A stretch of 64,000 nucleotides of DNA from Lytechinus pictus (lineage: Eukaryota): the NCBI RefSeq assembly GCF_037042905.1, contig NC_087258.1, forward strand, positions 16,678,001 through 16,742,000. The letters are read 5' to 3'. Positions 13,139 to 25,400 of the stretch are shown in pieces. A program made the translations under genes and the position numbers. Numbering within the stretch: position 1 is the first letter of the stretch; every line of letters begins with the position of its first letter. The notes beneath the pieces were generated by a model. That model had not been told where the DNA came from, made no database searches, and saw only the letters and a list, made by a program, of their open reading frames with translations.

Positions 13139-14718
13139 TTATAGGCCTAGACCTGAGTAGAATAGAAAATGGACCATCAATTTTTCAGTCAGCAATTGGT
13201 TTTACAGAGTTTTTTTTAAATAACATTGAATTTTAAAAGTTACCCTCAGCCTTTGTCTGCATCTCCCCTACAAAAATAAAAAAAAATTCACAGTCTTTTT
13301 TCTGTAAATAAAGTAGATATTTTTTCGCCCAGATTTTGCCGACCTATTAGCCTCTAATACACCTTCTATAATTAAATTTATTGGTTTGGAAGTGGTTGGC
13401 TAAAATACCGAAGTAAAGCATTTTGGCAGCCCGTATAACGTGCGCACCTGGTGTGCGCAAGAGATTTTCGGATCGAGAGTAATTATTTAAAAAATGGAGA
13501 CCGCTCATATCTCAAGCATGGTTAATTGATATGAAACTAAGTTTGTAGATAAGGAGATGGAAAGATGAGGACATTTATCAGTTCTATTTGACCCCAAATG
13601 TTAGTATTTCCATGATGAAACACACGGGGATCAAAAACATTTATTGGATGAATAAATCATTAGCAGGAATTGAGATAAAGGAAAACGATAAATCTTGCGA
13701 TTTTGAAAGAGGACTTCGTCTAGACGATCGAGACCGCCACGGTTTCTCCTTTTTTCCCCAAAGTGATGAAAAGAAAATAATGGTGATGGATATGAATAAG
13801 AACGTGGGGGGGGGGGGGTCTGGAATATAAACGTAGGGGAATTGGGTTTTAATTTGGCTATAAGCTTTAGCCATATATGTTTTTCTCTATCTTTATATAT
13901 TAAAAAAAAAATATGTACCTCGTCAAATCAACTATTTATAGATAAAAAAGGTAAGTATGATTATTTATTTAGGACTTTTGGCAACAAACGGAATTTACAT
14001 TGGCTTCGTACAGGAACCCTTGTTTTTGAGCAATTAATCCAAATTTTTTTTTCTTCAAATGATCGAAATCGTATATAGGCAAACACAATGTTGTATTCTG
14101 AGGTGGATAGACAATTCCATTACTTGTGGGTGCCCCCCCAAAAAAAATATTGAACATCAATAAGTCCTATATTATAACAACTAAAAATAAATCGAAGGGT
14201 TTATACTTTATACCTTATTGGAAAAAAAATTTCCTCCACACAAGGAGGCACGGTGCCAAATTTCTGCATTCTATCCTCGCCTGATTGTAATGATTTTTTT
14301 TTCTAAATGTGAACAGATGTAAAATGACAGTTAATTGTCAGTTCTCGTGCAAGTTAGAGGACAGAAAAGGGATATGACACTACTTTGTACTTTGGTGGTG
14401 TGAATATTGGTTGTATAGCTTGTTTTATTCAAGAAAATGATTTAAATAATAAACGGAGACGTTGGCAAACCCTTGTAAAACATTTTGTTTTCCGCTTTAC
14501 ACGTTTGTTGTACTTTATGACCCCAGGTTCGGCTTCATATTTTCCGCCGGAATTTGTGTATATACTTTCTATAATTGTATGTACTTTCTTGTTTGGTATT
14601 GTTGACCACAGACTCGATAGCCACATTTAAACTATTTTTAAACCGCTTGCTCTACGTTTTGCCCCGATCTGCTACCCCTAATTTTTTCTGGTAACGATGT
14701 ACAGTATTTACCTTGTTA

Positions 14719-16140
14719 CACTGGCGTAAATCCGTGTTGATGGGTGGGGGGGATGACTGAAATATTTTGGCTTTTTTTGCAATCATGTTTTTAGATATGC
14801 AAGGAATTGTCATTGATATGTCCACAGTGGCGTACCGTGGGTCACGGCATTGGGGGGGGGGGGGGCACCAGCAAAATTTTTGAATGACTGAGTGAGTGAC
14901 CTAATAGAGACATTTTAAGGACAATGTCATTAAACGGATATGTATCTCACTCATCAAATAATGCGAGCGCGAAGCGCGAGCTGAAATTTTTTTATATTCA
15001 CACCTCAAAAGGGACATTATAATCAAATTTGTGTAATCATGATAGGTACCAGTCTCGCTTAACAATGCGAGCGCGAAGCGCGAGCTGAAAACTTAGATAA
15101 TTCAGACCTGAAGTGGGGCATTCTAAGTTTTCTTTGTAGGAATTAACCAGGACCATACGTATTTCATTAACCAAATGATGCGAGTGCGAAGCGCGAGCTG
15201 AAAATTTTTGATATTCAGATCAGAAGAAGGGACATTTTAAGGACTGATTTTAGGAATTCATGAAGAGTAGACATATCTCACCAATCCATGAAAAATGCGA
15301 ACGTAATCACGGACAGGAAATGTTTCATATATACGAAGACCTTAACATGGGGCAATCACTTTTGAGTCATGAAAAAAAAGCATATGTCACTACATAAAAC
15401 AATGATAACTCAAGTGCTAGGAAATATATTTGGTTTATATTGACTTGAAAACGGGATGTTTTGGTACAACAGGATTATATATCTCGTTAAACAGACAATG
15501 CGAGCACCAGGAACAATTGAGACGTAGGCCCTGGGCAAATTATGTTTCATAAAGTTATGATAAAAATGTTTCTTATGTAATGTAACTTAACATAATTATA
15601 ATATAATATAACATTATAATGAATAATATTTCCTTCTTTCCCACTACGTTTCTCTTCCTTTCTCCCTCTTTTCTCCTTTTCCCCCTTTCCCCGTTTTTTT
15701 TTTGGTCAGCCGATGGGTGGGATGTGCCCCCCATGTCCCCCGTAGTTACGCCACTGTATGTCCATATGGCAAATACCCCTCCAATATTATTATCTTTTTT
15801 ACCCAATGATGGTTTAATGGTTTATTAGAGATTACATTCAAAATTTTTTGACATTCCATCTTAATCCCTTCCCAAAGACCCCAACATTGATGAATTGGAA
15901 GTATTTCGTTTGGAAATGGTGAACTGGCTCTTTATTTGAATTTTATGATTCAATAATATTATTTTATTTGTTAAGCGGTATTTTTGGAAGAATGTTCACC
16001 TATAAAACAATTATCTCTTGTGATTTTTTTTTCATTTCTTTCGTAAAAAGTGGGGGGGATGTTTGTACAGGCCATCCCCCCCTCCTCGAAAAGTGGGGGG
16101 GGGTATATCCCCCCCACCCCCCCCGGGATTTACGCCAGTG
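14719..16140. mobile_element. hAT-like MITE (outer element of a nested pair)
   Basis: TIR CACTGGCGTAAATCC / GGATTTACGCCAGTG; 8-bp TSD CCTTGTTA. Confidence 0.9.
14825..15756. mobile_element. hAT-like MITE (inner) with internal ~105-115-bp repeats
   Basis: TIR CAGTGGCGTA / TACGCCACTG; 8-bp TSD TATGTCCA; repeated ATGCGAGCGCGAAGCGCGAGCTGAAA at ~14961, 15065, 15178. Confidence 0.9.
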
Positions 16141-16277
16141 CCTTGTTACATTTAAATCAATATTGGAGTAAGGTTTGTGAGTGGGGTTTCACGACATAAC
16201 CCGTACAATCTCAAGGATAAAATAAGTGAAACTATTTGGAACTTCTTCCAGATTAAAGAGAAAGAAAGAAACATACG

Positions 16278-16474
16278 NNNNNNNNNNNNNNNNNNNNNNN
16301 NNNNNNNNNNNNNNNNNNNNNNNNNNNNNNNNNNNNNNNNNNNNNNNNNNNNNNNNNNNNNNNNNNNNNNNNNNNNNNNNNNNNNNNNNNNNNNNNNNNN
16401 NNNNNNNNNNNNNNNNNNNNNNNNNNNNNNNNNNNNNNNNNNNNNNNNNNNNNNNNNNNNNNNNNNNNNNNNNN
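16278..16474. other. Assembly gap (run of N)
   Basis: Contiguous n characters; adjacency across the gap is not verified. Confidence 0.99.
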
Positions 16475-16539
16475 GGGGGCGCGGTGCATTAAAAAAGTCT
16501 AACAGAAGGGCTATATAGGGGCAAGAACCGCTCTCTCCC

Positions 16540-16751
16540 TAGTCCAGATTGGACCTTGTTGTTTGGAAGTGCCTTTTCCCAAAGCTAACATAGAGGGCAC
16601 ATGTCTCCCAATCTCTAATCAGCGCCAATCCACTCATCTTCCCTCCCCAGAAGATGAGTGGATTGGCGTTGATTAGAGATTGGGAGACATGTGCCCTCTA
16701 TGTTAGCTTTGGGAAAAGGCACTTCCAAACAACAAGGTCCAATCTGGACTA
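16540..16751. mobile_element. Foldback element: ~100-bp near-perfect inverted arms, TAG...CTA termini, 9-bp TSD
   Basis: CTCTCTCCC|TAGTCCAGATTGG ... CCAATCTGGACTA|CTCTCTCCC; ~10-nt loop; one mismatch seen. Confidence 0.88.
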
Positions 16752-17844
16752 CTCTCTCCCCAACGTGGATGATGAATGAACGATGATGGTGGTGATGATG
16801 ATAATGATGAATAAATGATGATGATGGCGATCTTCCTTCCTTTTAATTTCTTTCTTTCTCTCTCCCCCCCTCTTTCTTTCTTTCTCTCTCTCTCCCCCTT
16901 TCTTTCCTTTTCTCTTTCTTTCAAAAGTGGTGAAGATATGGGGGGGGGGGGTGTTTCGAGAGGAATGAATGGACATTGGTTCAATTCACAAACTGAGAAA
17001 GATAGTCTCCTTCTTTGTCTACTACTCCGTGTTAACAGTGCCTGTGTTAGAAATAGGGCCCTTTTTCAGAAAAACTCATGACAAAAACTCAACAAGAACT
17101 GTCAAAAGCATGAAGCGCTGGATTTATGATTGAAATTCTAGACCTGTAATCGACAACACGGTTTTTGAAACAGGAACCTTGATACAATTACTTTACTCAA
17201 TCTCACCTGCGATCTAAAAAGGAAACTCAAAGGGCACGGTGGTTAAATTACTGTTGAGACACAGACATAATGTTAAATAAAGTCAGGAAATATATATTTT
17301 CCAAATACCGTTAATGGATGATTGTTTATCTGCAATGTTTTGACTAGACCGGTAGCCATAGAGGCTGAGGCGGGAGTTGATTTTATTGTGTATATAAAAA
17401 GACTGAAAATAATGTTAAGCACGCACGCTATCGTCATTTCTAAACTAAATTTAAAAGGATGTAATAATTAAAATAGCTAAGTCGGATACGTAGGCGATGT
17501 ATATATAAAAAAATCTGATTAACTTTAAAGGGGGAGTGAACTGTGTGTGGTCTCTCATTGACTGTGTGTTATAAATACATAATCTTAAAATATACGTTTT
17601 AGATATCTACTAATACTACAGAGAATAAATTGACCTATAATTGTATTTGTATAGAGAAACTAAAATGTTTTGAGAGGAAAGGTAATTGTTTTGCTACTTG
17701 GTAACATAATTATTGCGGTATAAATGTATTGAGTAGTTAATTAGCATGTTTTCATTCAAGTGGGTCTATATTACTAGACTACATTAGCATTATGGGTCAG
17801 GAAACTGGCCAGGTACGAGTAGTTGAGGACTTGAGATGGCGCTA

Positions 17845-18245
17845 AAGGGCAAGTCCACCCCCAACAAAAAGTTTATTTGAATAACAAGAGGAAAATCAAA
17901 CAAGCATAACGCTGAAAATTTTATCTTAATCAAAATGAGAAAGTTATGACATCTTTCAAGTTCACTTAGTAATCATAATAAAAAACAGTTATATGCATTT
18001 TGTGGTCTCAGTGCAAACAAGGGAACAATTGACATCACCCACTATTTCTTTTGTATTATATGAAATATAAAATATTTCAATATTTTCCTCTCATTGTCGT
18101 GTGAAACAATGGAAAGGATTTGTATGTTGATGATTTATTAATAAAAACATGAATTAAAAAAAAAATCGAAACATTCTTTAATTCAAACAATAAAAAGCAA
18201 AAGAAATAGTGAGCGACATCATAGACTCTTTCGTTTGAATGTCAC
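17845..18245. mobile_element. Partial Kolobok-like MITE
   Basis: AAAGGGCAAGTCCACCCC...AATCAAACAAGCATAACGCTGAAAATTT matches the left arm of the 11337 family. Confidence 0.7.
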
Positions 18246-19815
18246 TAAAATGCTACCCTCCCCAAATTTCTCTCTTTGTCTCTCTTTCTCTGACAGAACG
18301 ACATCCATTTCAATTTCTCAACTGAGGTCCAACAACCAAAACAAAGGGATAAATCTCACATCATTCATACAACTACTGTATTTTTGTTTATTAAATTACA
18401 GTAGAAAACTCCCGTTGTTATTTTCAAAAATTAACTTTATCATACAATTTGTGTTAGGATTAAATATACATGAATGCATTCATAGACTTGAAGAACAAGC
18501 CCCAAAAATGGTGAAAAGTGAAAGACAAGATTCAGTTACAGCAACTGATGTGGGCCTACAAAATTTTTTGGGAAGGGGGGGGGGGGTGGTCACTAACAAA
18601 ACTTTGTTCTAAATAAGCATTCTGGCATATGATACACACTTTAGGATTGCTTCTAACCATTTCCTATTGGAATAAGATTTCTATACTGAAACTCAAACTT
18701 TGCTTTAACTTACAAAGATCAATGCATGGAGGTATTATGGAAACAGAATCAATGCATCAAATTCAAGTACATTGATTTTGAGAGCAGGAACCTGGGAATC
18801 AAAGGGAATTTCCTCTTACTCTTTCCCGACACATAACAATATGACCTTCTTTATAATATTCTGTAATAATAAAAAGTAAATCGAACATTTAATATCATGC
18901 ACAGGTCAGATCTAGACACTGATCCACACAAATAATAGTTCTTTTTTTATCAGTGTTATTTGTGTGAATTCGTGATAAAGCCCATTTTGCACAAAATAAA
19001 TCTTAGTTCCGGTTATAAAGTAGAATTATGGAATGATGCGTGCTTGAATCACCATCAAGGGATATAGCTGCTTTATGCTTTCAATTCTTTCCTCAATTTC
19101 ATAAATGAACAAAGGAAAAAAATATATTAATGATTGTATTTCCGAACTTCCGCGGCATTGAACAAAACAAAAAGTAAACAGTATTATCCGTTTCATGGTA
19201 CAATATTTTGCATTCGGTGAAAGAGAGAGGTACTCTATTCAATTCGGCTATGCCTTGTTGAATAGTGAGCGCATCTTTCTGTACCATCACACTCACGCCT
19301 AATCACTATTTGTCTACTACACCATTGATTTCTGCATCTCTCTCATCTTGTGAGAGATATTAATTGTTTGTGATTATATTTGTGCATACTTAAATCTTAT
19401 TCTTACTTTATTTATATATTCACCTCATGTAAAAAGGACCCAAAAATATGAATTTGACAAAGTACATATATTCAGGTTATGTTACACATCATACAAATCA
19501 ATATAAGGAGTGGGCCCTGACTTCCATCAGCAATGGCTGCAACACATCATCTAGTATGACCACAATATAAACATCAAATATTCTTTTCAAAGATATATAC
19601 TTGTATAAAAGTATTAGTACTGCATTAATTACCATAATAACATTAATTCTCATACTTTTCCAGTATCATAACTTTTAATGAATGTATACACAATGAGATT
19701 AGTATTACCAAATACAAATCAAATATAATTCATAAAACTATCATTTCATATCACCAAGGAATAACCTTGATGATTGTGGTAACTGTGAAAATTCATGGCT
19801 ACTGAAAGAAAACTG

Positions 19816-20042
19816 GGGGGCGTTTCACAAAGATTTAAGTATGACTTAGAGTCGCACTTAAACGCCTTTTTGCGTGCGTTATAAAAGGCATTACCTCATT
19901 GGTCAGATCATGCAAAGAGGACCCGCACTACTGCCTATTGCATATACTGCTGCGTATCAATTAGATTGCGTGTTTTATTTCAGATACGCGTCAGCATTTA
20001 AGTGTGATTTAAGTCATACTTAAATCTTTGTGAAACACCCCC
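19816..20042. mobile_element. PIF/Harbinger-like MITE
   Basis: ~45-bp TIR GGGGGCGTTTCACAAAGATTTAAGTATGACTTA; 3-bp TSD CTG. Confidence 0.82.
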
Positions 20043-21909
20043 CTGATATGATTTCAATTGCGGCGATAAAATAGTGTATAAAAAATCAATATGATACAAA
20101 GAGTCAAAATATATACTAACAATTATATATATAAAAAATATGCATATTATAAAAAAATATGGGGAGTATTTCATGAAACAAATAGTCTATGAGTCTAACT
20201 ATTGTTATAAGTTACTGAAATCCTTGCACCCGATTGGCTCAGAGCAAATATGTCAGTCAAAATAGCTGACTATTTGTTTAATGAAACACTCCCCCGTTAG
20301 TACTGTGTTCCTGGGAAGAATATGAAGTTAAGGTAATAATACATAACATGTGTGTTTATGGTGTATCATAAAAACAAAATAAAAAAGAAAGCGTCAGGAA
20401 ATAAGTGACCAGCCACCCAAAAACTAACAATAACTCGCCCAAAAAGGATTTTTTTCCGACTTATATTGGGATTGAAATAGCACATCCTAAAGCTTTAAAA
20501 TGATATATAACTTATTAAATTGGTCAACAATAACCCATGCAAGCACTTGTTTGAATGTAGAAAAAAATTAACAGAGAGTTCTGGGCAAAGAATAAAGAGA
20601 AAATGAAGTTTGAGGTTCACTCAAATATGAGATGTGAACATTATACAATCTCAGTGAAACTTCCAAGCAGTGCGGAAAATTATTCATCTTGACAATTTCA
20701 AATTTTGACAGTCTGATTTCTCTTTCAGATAAGCTAATTTCCTACTTCTTACTCTTTAAAGAGTATGTGCCCAGAAGTATGTATTTTTTGTACTTCGTAT
20801 TTATTATTTTGATGTATTTATAGTTTGTGAATGATTATTTTTCTGTATAATGCACTTTTTGTTAAGAAAGGAGTCCGAGGACAATTTTTGTGTTTTTTAT
20901 ACATGACAATAAAATGAATTGAATTAAATTGAATTGAAAATCAAATTAAAATACGGGAGTACGCTTTTATATGGTAAAGTACCAACAAAAAAATAATAAA
21001 TAAATAAATTTTGCAACTTGTGTATGTCCGTGTTTACCAGTATATTGTGATTGTTTTGTGTTACCTTCTGTATTAAAATGGAAATTTGAGTCTCCTTATA
21101 ATCCTTGATCGTGTCTTTTGTAATCCCCCTTAATTTTTATCTTTTGGAAGTAATTAATTTTTTTCCAAAAGAATGTTTTATTTCTTGCCTTCGTTTCTGT
21201 TGAAGACAAAATAGGAATGTGGCCTCGCCGCCGCACCAATGAAATAGGTTTTTCTTTGGCCACGTGGAAAATACAGATGTTTTGCCAAAATACTGACTTT
21301 TAGGTGGAAAAATACTGAAATTGTAAAATAAAACTTGGCAGCTCGAATTTTTGTTTTAGCCGTTTACAGAGAACATTCCCTCCCTGGTTTTGGCCTGGCT
21401 TGCCACATATAAAAACCAAACTTAGTTAAGTATCTGGAATTAACGTTTCAACAGGAAATCTTATCCTCATGACAAGTTGACCAAAGGGAAAGAGAAAAAC
21501 TTAGAGCAGCAGACTGGCTAAAGTTTTGAAATAAATAGTAAAAATAATAAGATAGTTAATATCTTTGTTACAGATAAACTCTGGAACTGGTAACAATTAA
21601 GTTAAAATAAAATGTTCACAGAATTGAACAAAACTTACACCAAATGATAAAAACACTTAATAAATTATATCTGCCAAACAATTTTTCTTGAAAATATATA
21701 ATCACAGAGTAATGAGCAAATGAAGATCAGAAAAATTACCGGAAAATGTCTGTCCATATATTGTGTGGTCCCACATGTTGTTCCCTGTGTTATGTACACA
21801 AGGAAAAGCATGTTGTAATGAAATTAATACAATTTCAAGCAAGCCTAAATTATTTTGATTAAAGTTTGTTATTCTAAATAAGCATTCTGGCAAATGATAA
21901 ACACTTCAG

Positions 21910-22179
21910 GGCCCTGTCTTACAAAGAATTACAATTGATCCAATCAATTATAAGTCTATGGAAATCCAACAGTGTCATAATTTTTGTCCAGGAAATTTGC
22001 AAAAATGTCCTTTGAAAACAAAGGCAAACAGACCAAATCGTCAAGAATTCAATGAATTTATGAAAATACATCATCTAGAATTTTTTTTGGAACAAAGATG
22101 TATCTTTAGATGTGTGTGTTGCTGGCTTTCCATAGTTGAGTTTGATCAGATCAATCGCAACTCTTTGTAAGACGGGGCC
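21910..22179. mobile_element. PIF/Harbinger-like MITE
   Basis: TIR GGCCCTGTCTTACAAAGA / TCTTTGTAAGACGGGGCC; TSD CAG; sister copy at 31807-32066. Confidence 0.85.
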
Positions 22180-22319
22180 CAGGATAACTTCCAACCATTT
22201 TGTATCAAAATTTCATTTTTATACCAGCTTTAAAGTAGTTATCCATTAAAAAAATGTAATCACTGTCTTCTTTTGCCAAATATGAGGGAACAAAATCATA
22301 TTTATACAAGTACTTTGGT

Positions 22320-22474
22320 TTAAATCAGTTTTTCCATTTGCTCCACGTATTTCTGTTTTACTATTTGGGCATCAATTAAAACCTGACGGTAATGAGTCCT
22401 CAGCTCCTCAATGTTTAGAGAGCGGTCAAACAATCCGTAGACATAATCTCGCCTCCTTTTTACTTCTGGCAGCG
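22320..22474 (-). CDS. 2OG oxygenase gene terminal exon 11
   Basis: Pyrimidine tract + aag acceptor in phase 1; TLPEVKRRRDYVYGLFD...QMEKLI-stop. Confidence 0.72.
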
Positions 22475-25400
22475 CTTGATACAGAGAGATGGGGGGAAAA
22501 CACATTAAAAAGTTATTTTATTTATTTTTCAATTCATTCATTCATTTATATACTTACCTGTCTATCTAGATTTGTCAATAAACATCACAGGCTAATTAAA
22601 ATAGCATGAATAGTTTCTTTTAATCAACATTTTAGTTGTAGTGAAAACCTTGTGTTTATTATCTAACACAAGACCTTAACCTGAGTGCACTTTCAACTGA
22701 ATGATTAAACATGAGTATATGGTGCACATTTGAAATAGATTTCAAACACTTCCGAAATAGTATTCAGTTTGGGGAATATTTCATCATCCACATGGTTGAG
22801 CAATTAACCCATTGCCAACTGGAACCAGATGATCCGTGTACAAAGCCTATGTGAATCACAGATTTCAGCAGTCAACGGGTTAACATGCAGAATGACATAG
22901 ACTGCATTTATCCACTCTCTTCTTGAATTAAGGTTTCAAAACAGGTTTCAGCGATTTTGTTGCAGATGGTAAATGCAAGTGAGTTTAGATGATGGGGTTT
23001 GGGGAGTTTCTTTGAATCGGGCAAATTTGTGCCATCCAAAAACACGTTTCTGCCAGAGACACGTTTTTGAAGGAGAGATTTACAGAATAAGATAAATTGC
23101 AGCATTGTACCTAATTTTTTAAGTAAAATTATCAAGTAAAATTCTATAGCCACAACTAGAAATATCACCGAAGGCAATTAATACCCCCATCCCATGTCTT
23201 TATCTCAAGACCAATGCTTGTGCCAATTTCACGATCATTGGTCAAAATCTGAGGAAGTAGTTTAATCCGCCATTAATTTTTCTGGGGTTTTGGACATAAT
23301 ATAATGTTACCATTAATGCAACACAATTTCTTACACATATGAAAAATGTGTCTTGCACATCTTTACCACAATACCAATGTGTGTGCCAAATTTTAGGAGA
23401 ATTACATGTAGTTAGAAAATGAAGTAGTTCGATCCACACATTCGCAAGGACTGTCACCTGACCATAAGCTGATTTCCTACACCCCCCATAAAAAATTGTT
23501 TGGTGTCCCACAAAAAAGGAAACCGAGACTCCTAGTGGTAGATTTCAACATAGAAAAACGACTTATGGTCTATCATTTACATAATAATAGAATTCAGCTT
23601 TACCTCTTACTTTGATACCAAATATGATTTGAATGATTCACGCACAGATTATTTAGGAGAGTTTGAAATTTTATGCTAGAACCAGTTGCAGAAAAATGGG
23701 TTGAGATTTGTTTGTTAAGGTTATGACGCCCTTGCGTAAGAAAGGGATGGCTCATTAGCATATCTTTTTGCATTCTTTTTTAAGTTTCTTTCACTCGTCT
23801 CTATTTTTGGAATCACATCTGAGTTTCTGCGCAAAATGTTTCTGACATGCATCAGTTTTGATTATTTTTACTCCACTATGTATGAACAATTCACAAAGTA
23901 TCAAATCACAGAAGTGATATCTAACTCTAAAGACGGGTTTCGTTTTTTTTGTGGGACGCACTATAGTTAAAATAGAAGCAACGTAATGATGTAAGAAAGT
24001 ATACTCACTTTCTTCATCAAACGTTGGTTCTTCATCATATTCCATTTGCTCATCATTGTCATCTTCCTCATAATGGCCATGATCCTCCTCCTCCTCATCA
24101 TCATCGCTGTCACCATCAGGCCTGAAACGTTGGTTCAGTGCTTGGTTTACTGCTCGTAATTCCCTGGCATTTGCAAGGAGCATTTCTTTAAAATGTTCTT
24201 CATAGTGCTTGTCCTGTCAAAGAAGGGGGAAAAAAAAAATGAAAATGAAAGGGATACTCCAGGCTGAAAATAATATAATTTGAACAGATATAGTAAAATC
24301 GGTAAAAAAAAAATGACACTTAAAACATACATGTAATCAAAATCGGACCAGCAATAACAAAGTTATTGTATTTTACAGCTTAGAATTTTAAAGTTTCGCA
24401 ATATATTGTGTAATGATGCAATGAGCAAGCTAATGATGTCATATCATAACACACGCACCGGTGTGTTGGCTCAGTTGGTAGAGCGTCCGCCTCACAACCA
24501 AGAGGTCGGGGGTTCAAACCCAGGCCGCGTCAGACCAAAAGACGTTAAAAGATGGGAATTGCTGCTACCCTGTTTGGCGTTCAACGATTAAAGGGATAGA
24601 GCCTCGTCGATCTGGCACTGCATAGTGGCTGCCGGGCCCTCGATCAATTGGGCAACGCAAATTTTCAGAATATTTCATTTCATGTCTATTTCGAACAATA
24701 AAATATGGATTTTTTTTAAATATAAAATTATATTTTCATATTTCATAGTTCATATTTTGTCCACCAAGAATGAAAAAAATTGATTGACAACTGATTTAAT
24801 GTATGTATGAAAATATGAAATAATTATGATTTCATGTAATAGCATAATGAATGGGAAAGTGGGGACATGACATCATCAGCACAGCTAATGAATATTCATG
24901 ACAGCCTGCATTTAACTGTTTTCACAGAATATTGTCAAACTTTGAAATTCAATAACCTTGTTATTTTTTTTATCAGATTTTGACGATATGTTCAGCATTT
25001 TTCTCAGTGAATTTTACTCCATTTATTCAGATTTAATAACTTTCAGTCCTGAGCAATAAACTCATCTACTCATTACTGAAAAGACTTCTCAACTCATCTG
25101 AACTTATCTACTCTTTTCAACTCCTCATCTACACATTGCTACCAGTGCCCCATTGCATCAAAATGACTATTACAGTAACTTTGCCTTCCAATGGAATCTT
25201 CCATGGAATCCTTGATATTGATTGGCTGTTGAGTATAGTTACCATGGTAGATACCATTGGATGGTAAAGTAACCATAATAGTAAGATTAACGCAACTGGA
25301 GCCGGGACTTCTCATCTTTCATGCAACAAGTGATCTTTCAGAATTCTTTCAATGGACTCTCCCTGCTCTTTCAGTGATCTTTCAATGATCTCTCATGAGT

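Noticed and set aside
16177-16518. ORFs spanning the N run
   Set aside because: Artefacts of the assembly gap
22908-23177. Extra exon of the 2OG gene
   Set aside because: No convincing splice pair; exons 10 and 11 already join in phase
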